Under the pieces are notes generated by a model, which worked only from the letters and a program-made list of their open reading frames with translations, had not been told where the DNA came from and searched no databases. This document shows positions 7,907 to 17,238 of a DNA stretch of 64,000 bases, piece by piece. Position 1 is the stretch's first letter. Each line of letters opens with the position of its first letter. Source of the DNA: an uncultured Nitrospiraceae bacterium (lineage in GTDB: Bacteria; Hydrogenedentota; Hydrogenedentia; Hydrogenedentales; SLHB01); the NCBI GenBank assembly GCA_964587655.1, contig CAZPMT010000003.1:50915-114914 (forward strand). Direction: 5' to 3'. The position numbers were made by a program, and so were the translations under genes.

Positions 7907-10567
7907 CTACTTCCGGCCAACCCGCCACAGACTTCGAGTAATTGAAAGAAGAACCACAGTCGCAAACAGGAGAAGAATATCGCCAACAGGGTTGCCGGAA
8001 ACGATATTCAGTGATGCATTGCCTGCTTTCCCACTATAGCATCCGTCTTGTCCGCTCCCTTTGGACATGGAGAATGTTGCGGTGTTTATATCGCCTGTAG
8101 CGACTGTAACCGTCTGAGTCGCGGTCTGGTAACCGTCTGCAGTGGCCTTGCACGTATAAGTGCCGGGCTCCAGGTTGGTGAACAGGAAGAGTGCGCCGGT
8201 GCTGTCACGCGAAGCTGCTTCAGCTCCGCGGTTCAGAGTAACCGTTGGATGCAGGTCTTCAGGGATCAGCGTATGATCATCCTGATCTTCCATCTCAACG
8301 GCTATCGAGCACCGCACCATGGCTTTCATTAGGAACGGTTGAGAATCCACCTCGCCGCCAGTGCTCACAATACTGTTCGCAATCTCCTCTTCAGTGTAAA
8401 CGCCCCAATCGTTATATTCCGCCGAAACGGCGTTCTCGGTCCTGTTGTCCAAGAGAACAGTATCGCCTCCCATATTGCTGAATGTGTTGAATCCCGTATC
8501 GGACGGGTTTGCGACGTCCCCGAGCATTGGGGTTTCTGTTTCACTTCCCGCCTTGCCTTCAGGGGGCAGGATGAGAACGGCGATCTTAAGAATATCGTCG
8601 AAAATGTTCCGTGTAACGTTGACACCCGAACCGACCGCATGAATGCCATATCCGATCCGCTTCAGCGTGCAATACCGAATGACGGAAGCCGAAGACCCCG
8701 GTCCCGATATAAACACGGCGATAGCATCCGGGCTGTCTACGCCGTTGAACACGACATCCGATACTTCCATGGCCACGTTTTCAATGCGCAACAGCGTAGC
8801 CGTCCCGGCTATAGTATTCGGGAAGGTTACCGTGCAGTCGCTCAAAGCGCTATTCTGCGCGGCGGTGATCACATCGTGGGTGATATCGCTCTCCTGAAAG
8901 TATTGAATCGTCGTCTTATCGGCGCCGGACCCCACCAGCTTAACGTATGGACGGAGAACAACGCGTTCTTTATACGTGCCCGCCGCGAGATGAATCGTAG
9001 TCTTTAAGGCGGAGTCTCCTTCCGGAACCATATCCATCGCATGGGCGATCGTTTGCCAAGGCCATGACTGCGAGCCGTTGCCTATGAGATCGCTTCCTGA
9101 AGGCTTGACGTAGAAATCCGAGCGGGGATCGGATCGATCTCGTGGATTTGAGCCGCGGCGATACTCCTCGCGGTTGTCCAGATGATCGCCGTCAGTATCA
9201 GCGCTGTCGTCGGCAGGATTGTTGATATTGAAACCATGCGCTGCTTCATAGTTGTCGGGCAATCCTCCGCCATCGGTATCCTTTGGAAACTCATACGCGC
9301 CGATATCAGACCCGCCGTTTTGTGGACGTGGCGTGCCCTCGATATCCTCGGCGGGCGCCGCAATCGTGGCGATATTGATAGCCGGTGAATCCCAACACAG
9401 CTCATAAGGATACGGCTCCTTTACGAAGCGAAATATCGGGTCCGCGTCTTGATTATTGGTCCCCGCGGGCCATCCCCCTTCTACAATGCAGTTATCGAGG
9501 GTTATGGCGGTGGGATTCAGAAAGTCATAGAACTCTGCGGCTCCCTGGCTATAAGACTTGTCCCCATAGAATATGCAGTTTTCCGCGGTGACAACCGAAC
9601 CGAGGTTCAGAAGAGCGCCGCCTCCTTCGGAGAGCGAATACGCCCAGTTCCCGCTGAAAGTGCAGTTGAGAAGATTGACGGTGTTGCCTGTACCGCAATA
9701 GATCGCGCCGGCATTGCCAACGGATATATTGTCCGCAAACACGCAATTCACAGCGCTAAACGGAACATCCTCTTGAATATGGACGGCGCTCCCCGTTTCA
9801 CCACCGTTGCGCGTGAAGAGCACTTTGGAAAGATTCGCGGATCCCAGGGTGACAAACAGTGCGCCGCCTCCAATGGCGGCATTGGTTTCAAATCTGCACC
9901 CGGAGATATCTGCGGTCCCTCCGCTGACAAATACGCCGCCCCCGTTTTCCACGGCAACGTTTTCCTTAAATAGGCAATTTCGGATGATGATGGAGGAAGC
10001 TGTGACCCCTGCGCCCCACGCTTGGCCTTCATAGCCGTCGGCAAACCCCCCGGACACCTCAAATCCGTCAAGTACATTCGGAACACCGCCCCCAAGTGAA
10101 TGAACAACGTTGTAAGCATTGTCGCTCTTAATCCACAGGTTATCGTTGCCGTCTACGTCTCCACTCAAGATCGTCTTCCTATTCTTGGGGTCTCGTTGAT
10201 CGCGGCTGGCATCCCCAACGGAAAAACCGCCATAGATATCCACGCCTGAAGGGACGAGAAAAGACGAGTTGCGGTCACCGCTATTCTTTAGTGCAGGCGT
10301 GTATCTTCCCGCGACAACCCATATCTCGTCCCCCTCGCCAGCGGCGGCCAGGGCATCTTGCAGGGTCCGGTACGCCTTATTCCAGGTGGAACCGTCCGCG
10401 GGTTCGCCAGTTGCAGCAGGGTTGACCCGCAAGATGGACGCCTGGCTGGGTACCGCAACCAACGCCAATAGCAATACAATGAAAACGATTCTACTTGCAC
10501 CCATGATGGATAACCTCCGTAGATTACGCGCGAGCCAAGCCCAAGGATATTGGCTTGCAGCCCTCAT
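7907..10567 (-). CDS. Large secreted parallel beta-helix protein with Ig-like domain and C-terminal membrane anchor
   Basis: Signal peptide (true start probably MGASRIV near 10504), DGSTWNKAYRTLQDAL, GGA repeats, SPAIN..DIGAYE, DTDGD repeats, DUF1565-like YVKPSGSD..PWQTI, C-terminal TM plus basic tail. Confidence 0.8.
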   Translation of the reverse strand: MRAASQYPWAWLARNLRRLSIMGASRIVFIVLLLALVAVPSQASILRVNPAATGEPADGSTWNKAYRTLQDALAAAGEGDEIWVVAGRYTPALKNSGDRNSSFLVPSGVDIYGGFSVGDASRDQRDPKNRKTILSGDVDGNDNLWIKSDNAYNVVHSLGGGVPNVLDGFEVSGGFADGYEGQAWGAGVTASSIIIRNCLFKENVAVENGGGVFVSGGTADISGCRFETNAAIGGGALFVTLGSANLSKVLFTRNGGETGSAVHIQEDVPFSAVNCVFADNISVGNAGAIYCGTGNTVNLLNCTFSGNWAYSLSEGGGALLNLGSVVTAENCIFYGDKSYSQGAAEFYDFLNPTAITLDNCIVEGGWPAGTNNQDADPIFRFVKEPYPYELCWDSPAINIATIAAPAEDIEGTPRPQNGGSDIGAYEFPKDTDGGGLPDNYEAAHGFNINNPADDSADTDGDHLDNREEYRRGSNPRDRSDPRSDFYVKPSGSDLIGNGSQSWPWQTIAHAMDMVPEGDSALKTTIHLAAGTYKERVVLRPYVKLVGSGADKTTIQYFQESDITHDVITAAQNSALSDCTVTFPNTIAGTATLLRIENVAMEVSDVVFNGVDSPDAIAVFISGPGSSASVIRYCTLKRIGYGIHAVGSGVNVTRNIFDDILKIAVLILPPEGKAGSETETPMLGDVANPSDTGFNTFSNMGGDTVLLDNRTENAVSAEYNDWGVYTEEEIANSIVSTGGEVDSQPFLMKAMVRCSIAVEMEDQDDHTLIPEDLHPTVTLNRGAEAASRDSTGALFLFTNLEPGTYTCKATADGYQTATQTVTVATGDINTATFSMSKGSGQDGCYSGKAGNASLNIVSGNPVGDILLLFATVVLLSITRSLWRVGRK

Positions 10568-10648
10568 GTACGGGTGCCGCTCTAAGGGCTTGTTCCCTCG
10601 CTCAACTTGGGAACGAGTGGAAACTTGCCAACATGTTCAACGCAGCGT

Positions 10649-12094
10649 TCAGAAGTATATCACAGCGGACACCAAGATCCGTTGTTGAAGAACATCCTCC
10701 TTGAACCCATCGACTCCCCGGATAAGGTCGCTGTTGACGCCCGGGCCGTAACGCAACTGCCAAGCGGCATCGATATTCACCCTTTGCCCGAGGAGCACCC
10801 CCACACCCATAGCGCACCCGTAAAAGCTGTCGGGTTTGCCGGAACCGTTGTCACCTGGCCAGCGGAAACCCGCGGATTTCGAGGTGGCGGGTTCCTGGTC
10901 GTAGAATAGACCGCCGCGCAGGGTCCACAGGCGGTCGAGGGTTTCCTCGGGCTCCTTTGGCAGAAAGACATATTCCGTGCCTAAGCGGACGGTATACGTT
11001 GGCTCAAAATGAGTACGGGTCCAAGGATTATCCAAGTCGCTGAAATCCACTAAAGATCGGCGGTTCCCCTCCCCGGTCGTGACGTAGAAGTCATTCCAGT
11101 CAGTGCGCGTGACGTCCATTGATAAGGTTAGCCGGTCGCTATTTCGCCATGCGGCGCCTATAGCAAGTGAGGCGGGAAAGCGTACCTGGCGGCGTTCGGA
11201 GTTTGTTTTTGGCGCCAAGTACAGCGATCCCGGACCGAACATGGACGGGAGATCAAGTTGGGTGCCCATCTGTCTCAAACTGTACGACGCGTTTCCGGTG
11301 AATGCCGTGTCGTAGCGCACACCGAGGCTCAGATGCTCCGTCGGGGTCCAAAGCCCGCCCAGGGTGAGATTTTGGCCGGTGAAATTCTTGTAGTCTTCCT
11401 CGCTTTCATACCTGGAGAGGGAAACGTTCGGCCCAAAGAAAGTGACCGACTGTATCTTCGTGGTTTGTTTCCAACTGTTGTCGTTCAGGAACGTGGGTTG
11501 CCATAAGTTTAGCGCCACCCCGAAGGAGAGGCGGTGGGTGATTTCAAAAGCCAGGGCGGGAGTGATGGTGCTTAGCCCCCCACTCTGCTGAAACCCGAAG
11601 TGCTGAAAGTCGTTAAGAACAAAGCGGCCGCTGCTTGTTGCTCTGGAACGATTCAGGTCGAAGTCGAAGGCCCGCGAGAAGTTGTACTTGTGTTGGTAAT
11701 TCAACGAAACGCAAATGTTGCGGCCCAGCACGAGCTTCGGCAACGGGAAAGCCACGCTCATGTAGTTGAATTTGGAACTGTCCGTGTAGTGGCGGCCGTC
11801 GAACTCGTCGTGCTCGTCTGCCCGGAACCACTCGAGCACACTGTTGTAGTCTCCCACAAATGAAATCTCCGGGCGTTCGAGTTGAACCAGTCCGGCGGGA
11901 TTCCAGGAGGCGGCGGTAGCATCGTCCGCAATCGCAACGAAGGCGTCGGCCATACCCGCGGCTCGTGCGCCGGAGCCGACGGGTGTTGGCGAGGCCGATA
12001 TCTCCAGTTCCTGGGCATGCAGCAAAGGGGCCAAGATCAGGAGGCAGGCCGCCAGCAACACAGCAGTTATGGTTATGCGGTTACTTGATGACAA
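10649..12094 (-). CDS. FadL/TbuX-like outer-membrane beta-barrel protein
   Basis: Signal peptide, GSGARAAGMADAFVAIADDATAASWNPAGL plug motif, C-terminal Phe. Probable TTG start overlaps the upstream gene end. Confidence 0.82.
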   Translation of the reverse strand: MSSSNRITITAVLLAACLLILAPLLHAQELEISASPTPVGSGARAAGMADAFVAIADDATAASWNPAGLVQLERPEISFVGDYNSVLEWFRADEHDEFDGRHYTDSSKFNYMSVAFPLPKLVLGRNICVSLNYQHKYNFSRAFDFDLNRSRATSSGRFVLNDFQHFGFQQSGGLSTITPALAFEITHRLSFGVALNLWQPTFLNDNSWKQTTKIQSVTFFGPNVSLSRYESEEDYKNFTGQNLTLGGLWTPTEHLSLGVRYDTAFTGNASYSLRQMGTQLDLPSMFGPGSLYLAPKTNSERRQVRFPASLAIGAAWRNSDRLTLSMDVTRTDWNDFYVTTGEGNRRSLVDFSDLDNPWTRTHFEPTYTVRLGTEYVFLPKEPEETLDRLWTLRGGLFYDQEPATSKSAGFRWPGDNGSGKPDSFYGCAMGVGVLLGQRVNIDAAWQLRYGPGVNSDLIRGVDGFKEDVLQQRILVSAVIYF

Positions 12095-14183
12095 CGTATT
12101 GTCCCGCCTCGATTGGAAGTTTAGCCGCATCCGGGTTTTCCTCGGTGGGCAGGGCTTGGGCCGTGCTGAATCGCGGGCTGACGCTATCGATAAGGCCCTC
12201 GCCCACGACAATAGGTTTGGCGCCCAGCACCTCGCCCGTTTTCGTGTTCACCACGTTCTCAGTGCGATAGACCAGGCATTTGAAACTTTCGCGCACGCCT
12301 TGGCTCGCGTTGAGATCCGTGGTGATCTCCGGGGCGGACCATTGCAATACCGTGCCTTGAGCGCGCGGCAGTTCTTGCACCAGCCGCACCCCGAGGTCTT
12401 CGATGAGCCGGTCCAGTTCAGCATACGGGCCTGCAACGTCCACTTGCGGCAAGACACGCACCGCCGTCTCGGTGCTCGCGCCTTCGAGCACGATTTCAAT
12501 CGAATCCTGGTCGCGCCGGATGCGGGCGGCAATCATCATCTCGGCAGGCACCAGTTTGCCGAGCGCGAGCTTGCTCTTCTTCGAGGCGAGGGCGGTGGAC
12601 AGGTCCTGTTCGGCAAGGACCTCCTTGAGCATGGTTCGATCAACAACCGTGAAGCGCTTCTGCACCTGCTTAGAACCGGCCAGTTCATTGAGAATGTAGT
12701 CCACATCTTCGGCGAGCTTTGGGTCCTTCTCCGCGGTAAGACTGCCCAGAAATGCGACGGCGAGCTTGCCCTTGTTCATCTCAACGGCGGAAGCCTGGCG
12801 TTGTACAGTCTTCTGATCCGTTCCCGATGCGCCCTGCTGGTCGGACGCTTTGGCGACGAGTTGGTTTTGGCCTTCGTTCAGCCGGATCTTCCGGCATACG
12901 CGCATGGAGTTGCGGCCGGGAATCGTCTGTACCGGTTCCCCATTGAGTTCAACACCCTGAATTGGGTTTTCCGAATTGATGTTCAGGGCCACCACAATCT
13001 CATCCGTGAAATACTGTTGGCCCTCCTCCAGATTGGCGATAGATACTTGCACGCCCTTGGCCGGGGCGGAATCGGCGGCAACGGCCATGAGTTCTCCGTT
13101 GATCACCAACCCAAGCAGCCCGTAGCCCACGGAAACTAGGGCGCCGGGGCCTCCTGCAAGGATAGCACCGGGAATCCGCTCGCTAAGCACCATCAGGTCC
13201 AGAGGAAGCATTCCAGCGGTAATGTTGCCCAGTTTGTCGGCGCATTCATAGCGAAGCGGCGGCTTAAGGTCATCCCGAACCAGGTCCAGGTTGAACGCGA
13301 CAGCCCCGTCGGTTTCCTGGGTCAGTTCGGCAGTCTTCCCGTTGACCTGTATCGACGCAACCCCTGAGGGGTCGAACGCGACGCCGCGCAGGGCGCCCGG
13401 TGCGGCCACGGGCGTATCGAAACTCACCATAGGGCCATCGGCGTCGCCGGTAATCGGAACACTGGTGGAAACGGTCTTGCCAGTGAGGTCGGTCGCCGCG
13501 ACCTCGATCGTGTTTTGGCCCGGACGAAGCGGGATGATTCGCGAAAACTGGACCTCCGGGGCGGAGACCTTTATGTCAACGGGTTGGCCGTCAATTGTGA
13601 TGCCGCCGACAAACGTATCGTCGCGGACGATGCCCCGAAGTTCGGCCTGGGTTCCACCGACTGGAACACCGCTCGCCGGCGCTGTGATGCTGATAGCGGG
13701 CGGGGCGGTGTCTTTCCCCGTGGATACAAGCCATTTACCGCGCGCCTTGCCCAGATAAAAGGCTGCACGCGCCGTGTAACGTTGCCCGAGGCTCAACTCA
13801 AGTTGCTTAATGCTGTCCTCCATCTTGTCCTGCTGGTAATATGCAACACCGAGTTCGCGGTTCGGGAAATAGTCGGGCAAAAAGTGCAATCCGTAGGTTC
13901 GCGGCCAATATTGGTCCCGCGACCGGTCTTTGATCGCCACGTTGAGGTCGCTGACCGCCTGGTCATATGACCCGGCATCAAGAAATGATCGTCCTCGTTC
14001 GTAGTAGTTCCACCAGCGTCCCCTGAAAGTCCCCGTTGCGGCTCGATGCTGCGCGTCACTGGACACAGACGCCTCTTTCTCAGGGCCCAGAGTAGAACAC
14101 CCGCTTAACATCGTTGTGGCGATTAGCGCTAACACCACAAACGCGCAATGTAGAATGGCAGTTCCCTTCATTCGAGTCCTCAT
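12081..14183 (-). CDS. Lipoprotein with TPR, Ig-like repeats and C-terminal CsgG/FlgT-like domain
   Basis: Lipobox LSGC; TPR-like YYERG..ELGVAYY; Ig-like LRPGQNTIEVAATD and LNEGQNQLV; RFTVVDR..VLAEQDL..LGKLVPA (CsgG-like). Confidence 0.8.
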   Translation of the reverse strand: MRTRMKGTAILHCAFVVLALIATTMLSGCSTLGPEKEASVSSDAQHRAATGTFRGRWWNYYERGRSFLDAGSYDQAVSDLNVAIKDRSRDQYWPRTYGLHFLPDYFPNRELGVAYYQQDKMEDSIKQLELSLGQRYTARAAFYLGKARGKWLVSTGKDTAPPAISITAPASGVPVGGTQAELRGIVRDDTFVGGITIDGQPVDIKVSAPEVQFSRIIPLRPGQNTIEVAATDLTGKTVSTSVPITGDADGPMVSFDTPVAAPGALRGVAFDPSGVASIQVNGKTAELTQETDGAVAFNLDLVRDDLKPPLRYECADKLGNITAGMLPLDLMVLSERIPGAILAGGPGALVSVGYGLLGLVINGELMAVAADSAPAKGVQVSIANLEEGQQYFTDEIVVALNINSENPIQGVELNGEPVQTIPGRNSMRVCRKIRLNEGQNQLVAKASDQQGASGTDQKTVQRQASAVEMNKGKLAVAFLGSLTAEKDPKLAEDVDYILNELAGSKQVQKRFTVVDRTMLKEVLAEQDLSTALASKKSKLALGKLVPAEMMIAARIRRDQDSIEIVLEGASTETAVRVLPQVDVAGPYAELDRLIEDLGVRLVQELPRAQGTVLQWSAPEITTDLNASQGVRESFKCLVYRTENVVNTKTGEVLGAKPIVVGEGLIDSVSPRFSTAQALPTEENPDAAKLPIEAGQYVVIK

Positions 14184-16675
14184 GAGGCCGCCGGGTCTGT
14201 CACCCGAACAAACAAGCCCCCTTCCGGATTCTTGTCCAACTTGGCTGCGTCAACACCTGTAAGCTCAAGCTTGGCCGTATTAGCATTCGGATTTCCTTGA
14301 ACCGAGGCCCTTGCGTTGCCGATTGGCTGTCCGTTCCTGTCAGAAAAGATCTCGAATGTCATCCCTTGAGTCACGCCCACTTCCGCGCCGATGTTTGTTT
14401 CCGGGCCGTTCTCGCCAAGATATAGCCGGCCTCGAAGCGGAAATTGACGGCGCATCTCTCGCCAGATGCCCTCCGCCAGCGAACGGGCAACTGTTTCAGG
14501 GTCCATATCGCGTTGCAGCTCGAACGAAGGGACAGGAATTCGCTCTGTTGTTTCCACATCATCGGCCTTCACCATCACTTTCTCTTTGCCGCCTGCCGCA
14601 GCGACGGCGAGCTTCAAGACAATTCTTGCGCCAAGCAATTTCCCCAGTTGCAGTTGGCCTTCCTTTGTCCCGACGAGCGACGACAATTCTTGTTCGGCGA
14701 GGATTTCGTTGATTACGTCGCGGTCCACTAGATTCATTTTAGTCTTTGTGTCCAATTCATCCCCCAACGCTACCGGGAGAAGGTCGGCCAAACCCAATTC
14801 CGCGGCGCAAAGGCTGCGAGAGGCCTCCATAGGCAGGATGAAGAAGGTCAAGGGCCGGCTCGTCCAGTCATCGGCATTGGCGGGTTGCACCTCCTGCTTC
14901 TTTATCTGCTCACTAATCCGCTGTGCGGCAACATGCACTTGCTCGCGCCGGGCATCATCGCGTCTTCCGGAAATCTCGGCGTTATAGGCGTTTGATATGT
15001 TCCGCAGTTCGGGAATCGAAGACTGACCCAGTTTGTCAAAGGCGTTCTTTGCCTCATCAAGCTTGTTGAGATGGTAGTAGGCTTGGCCCAAGGTCTGAAG
15101 CGCCTCGGCATACTGGTAACTAAAGTTGAATTGGCCGGCGGAGAGATTGCTGAGTTGCTGGACGACTTGGTCATCTTTGCCGTCCTGCGCGTTCAGTCGC
15201 GCAAGAAGCACTTGCGGATACTTCGTTCGAACGGTTTCCGCCGCCCGCTCGATTTCTTGGCGGGCATCAGGGCGCTGTGACTCGAACGCGAGGGCGGCGG
15301 CAACTTCCGCCCGGAGATTCCCGTCCTGAATGCGGTCCACTATTCCAGCCGCGTCTTCCAATTTGCCCTGGCCGGCCAGGGCCAAGCCTAGTCCATACAG
15401 GGCCGCGCTGCTTTGTGAATCCTGCTGAAGGTATTCCTGGTATGCATTTGCCGCCTCGGAGAAATCCTTGCGGTCCATACTCTCTTTGGCCGCCGCCAGC
15501 ACTGTATTCCCTTTGGTTGGATCTTCACGTCCCGAAACCAGGTAATTCCACGCGGCGAACAGGAGCACGGCCAGCACCAAAGCGGCAGCGACAATGGCCG
15601 CGCGCGATGACGGCCGCTTCGGCTTGGACTGAACTTGAGCTTTCCCAGGCGCTGCGGGAATCGTGGGTTCAGGTTCCGAAGCCACCCTTCCACTACGCTC
15701 AAGACTTTGGAGCGCGATGCGGAGAGCCCTGGCAAATTCCTGCGCCGTTTGGTAACGAGAAGCCGGCGCAAAAGCGGTGGCTTTATCCACGATCGAACAC
15801 ACCCCGTCGGGCAAATCCGGACGGCGCGTACGGATCAATATGCGATCATTGTTGCGAATGCGCGCTATGATCTCTTCGGCGGTATTTGCTTCAAACGGGC
15901 GCTTGCCGCAAAGAAGCTCATACAGAGTGACGCCGAGAGAGAAGATGTCCGTACGTGCATCGAGCGGATCCGCGTTTGCCTGTTCAGGAGACATGTAAGA
16001 TGGTGAACCGCTGATAGTCCCGCCGAGGGTAAAATCACTTGAAGGGCCAAAACTGGCAAGCCCGAAATCTGTCAGCTTTACCGCTCCGTTGTTCGGCTCA
16101 ATCAGGATATTCGCCGGTTTGATATCCCTGTGCATTATCTTGTTCTTGTGCGATTCGCTTAGGGCTTCGGCGCATTCCGCCGCAATGCGCAAGGCCATCG
16201 CCACCGGCAAGCCCTCTTGGTGTTCCTCCAAGAGCCTCTCCGCGCTGCCCTCGACAAACTCCAGCACAAAGTAGTTTTGGCCTTCGTACTCGCCCCATTG
16301 GTGTATCGCGACAATGTTCGGATGCTTGCTGAGCGCCGCGATTGCCTTGGCTTCGCGCTGAAACAAGGCTCGCCGTCTGAAATCAAGCGTACTATGGAGA
16401 AACTTGATTGCAACGTCCCTGCCAAGCGTTTTGTCGCGAGCCCTATAGACTTTGCCGAAACCTCCTTGGCCAAGGAGCTCAATAATCTCATACGAGCCCA
16501 GGTCTGCGCCTATGAGCGGATCTGCACCGCCAGGCGTTGCGACGCGCCTGCCTGAATTCGGACGTTCCCCGGAAGGGTCAACCCGCAAGGGTATGGTTTT
16601 CACTCCATCGAACTTGGCGGGCTCGTGATCCGGCGACTTATCCGGTGGAGTCTTTATGGTTTCATCATGGGCCAT
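14180..16675 (-). CDS. Hanks-type Ser/Thr kinase with TM helix and periplasmic TPR + CsgG-like domain
   Basis: LGQGGFGKVY, VAIK, HRDIKPANIL, DFG and YMSPEQ motifs; TM helix AAIVAAALVLAVLLFAAW; LVDRDVINEILAEQEL..LGKLLGA. Confidence 0.9.
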   Translation of the reverse strand: MAHDETIKTPPDKSPDHEPAKFDGVKTIPLRVDPSGERPNSGRRVATPGGADPLIGADLGSYEIIELLGQGGFGKVYRARDKTLGRDVAIKFLHSTLDFRRRALFQREAKAIAALSKHPNIVAIHQWGEYEGQNYFVLEFVEGSAERLLEEHQEGLPVAMALRIAAECAEALSESHKNKIMHRDIKPANILIEPNNGAVKLTDFGLASFGPSSDFTLGGTISGSPSYMSPEQANADPLDARTDIFSLGVTLYELLCGKRPFEANTAEEIIARIRNNDRILIRTRRPDLPDGVCSIVDKATAFAPASRYQTAQEFARALRIALQSLERSGRVASEPEPTIPAAPGKAQVQSKPKRPSSRAAIVAAALVLAVLLFAAWNYLVSGREDPTKGNTVLAAAKESMDRKDFSEAANAYQEYLQQDSQSSAALYGLGLALAGQGKLEDAAGIVDRIQDGNLRAEVAAALAFESQRPDARQEIERAAETVRTKYPQVLLARLNAQDGKDDQVVQQLSNLSAGQFNFSYQYAEALQTLGQAYYHLNKLDEAKNAFDKLGQSSIPELRNISNAYNAEISGRRDDARREQVHVAAQRISEQIKKQEVQPANADDWTSRPLTFFILPMEASRSLCAAELGLADLLPVALGDELDTKTKMNLVDRDVINEILAEQELSSLVGTKEGQLQLGKLLGARIVLKLAVAAAGGKEKVMVKADDVETTERIPVPSFELQRDMDPETVARSLAEGIWREMRRQFPLRGRLYLGENGPETNIGAEVGVTQGMTFEIFSDRNGQPIGNARASVQGNPNANTAKLELTGVDAAKLDKNPEGGLFVRVTDPAAS

Positions 16676-17168
16676 GGTCTCTTCCTCTTTGTAGTTGGCA
16701 AGTTAGGCCGTCGCAACGAAACATGCGCATCAGCGCCTCTCGCGGAAGACTTGCGCGCGAGGTCCTGTTATTGCTTCCCAGGAAAAAAGGTGTCCATGAA
16801 GTTGTTGATCAGAGCCAATATTGCGCTCAGCAGACCAACCAACTGTAACAGCGATTCAAATTGCGCTTTCCCTGGCCTTGGCTGACAGCGTGAAATCGTG
16901 CGGATATGCGTCATCTCTCTTCTCCCTATGGTTATTGGATTCTTGCCCGCTCGAGCACCTATTGTTGCCATATTTTACAGCAGAACTTTCGCGTTTTCAT
17001 TTCGCGCCGTAACACGCCTCAAACACTCCCTGCACCTAAGCCCGCGATCTTTCTCCATATATTACCACAAAAACCACGCCGGCGATACTAAGGGCAGCGC
17101 CGAGAGGGGAAAAGTGTGCGGGCCATGGCCGTTATTTGCTACATTCCTCGGGAAAAGCTCCGCCGTTG

Positions 17169-17192
17169 GACAAGGGGTTGCAACCCCTTGTC
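17169..17192. repeat. 24-bp perfect palindrome, copy 2
   Basis: GACAAGGGGTTGCAACCCCTTGTC upstream of alaS. Confidence 0.9.
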
Positions 17193-17238
17193 TCTCTGGC
17201 GGCCGGTCTGGGCTTTCAAGACACAACGGAGACCGAAC

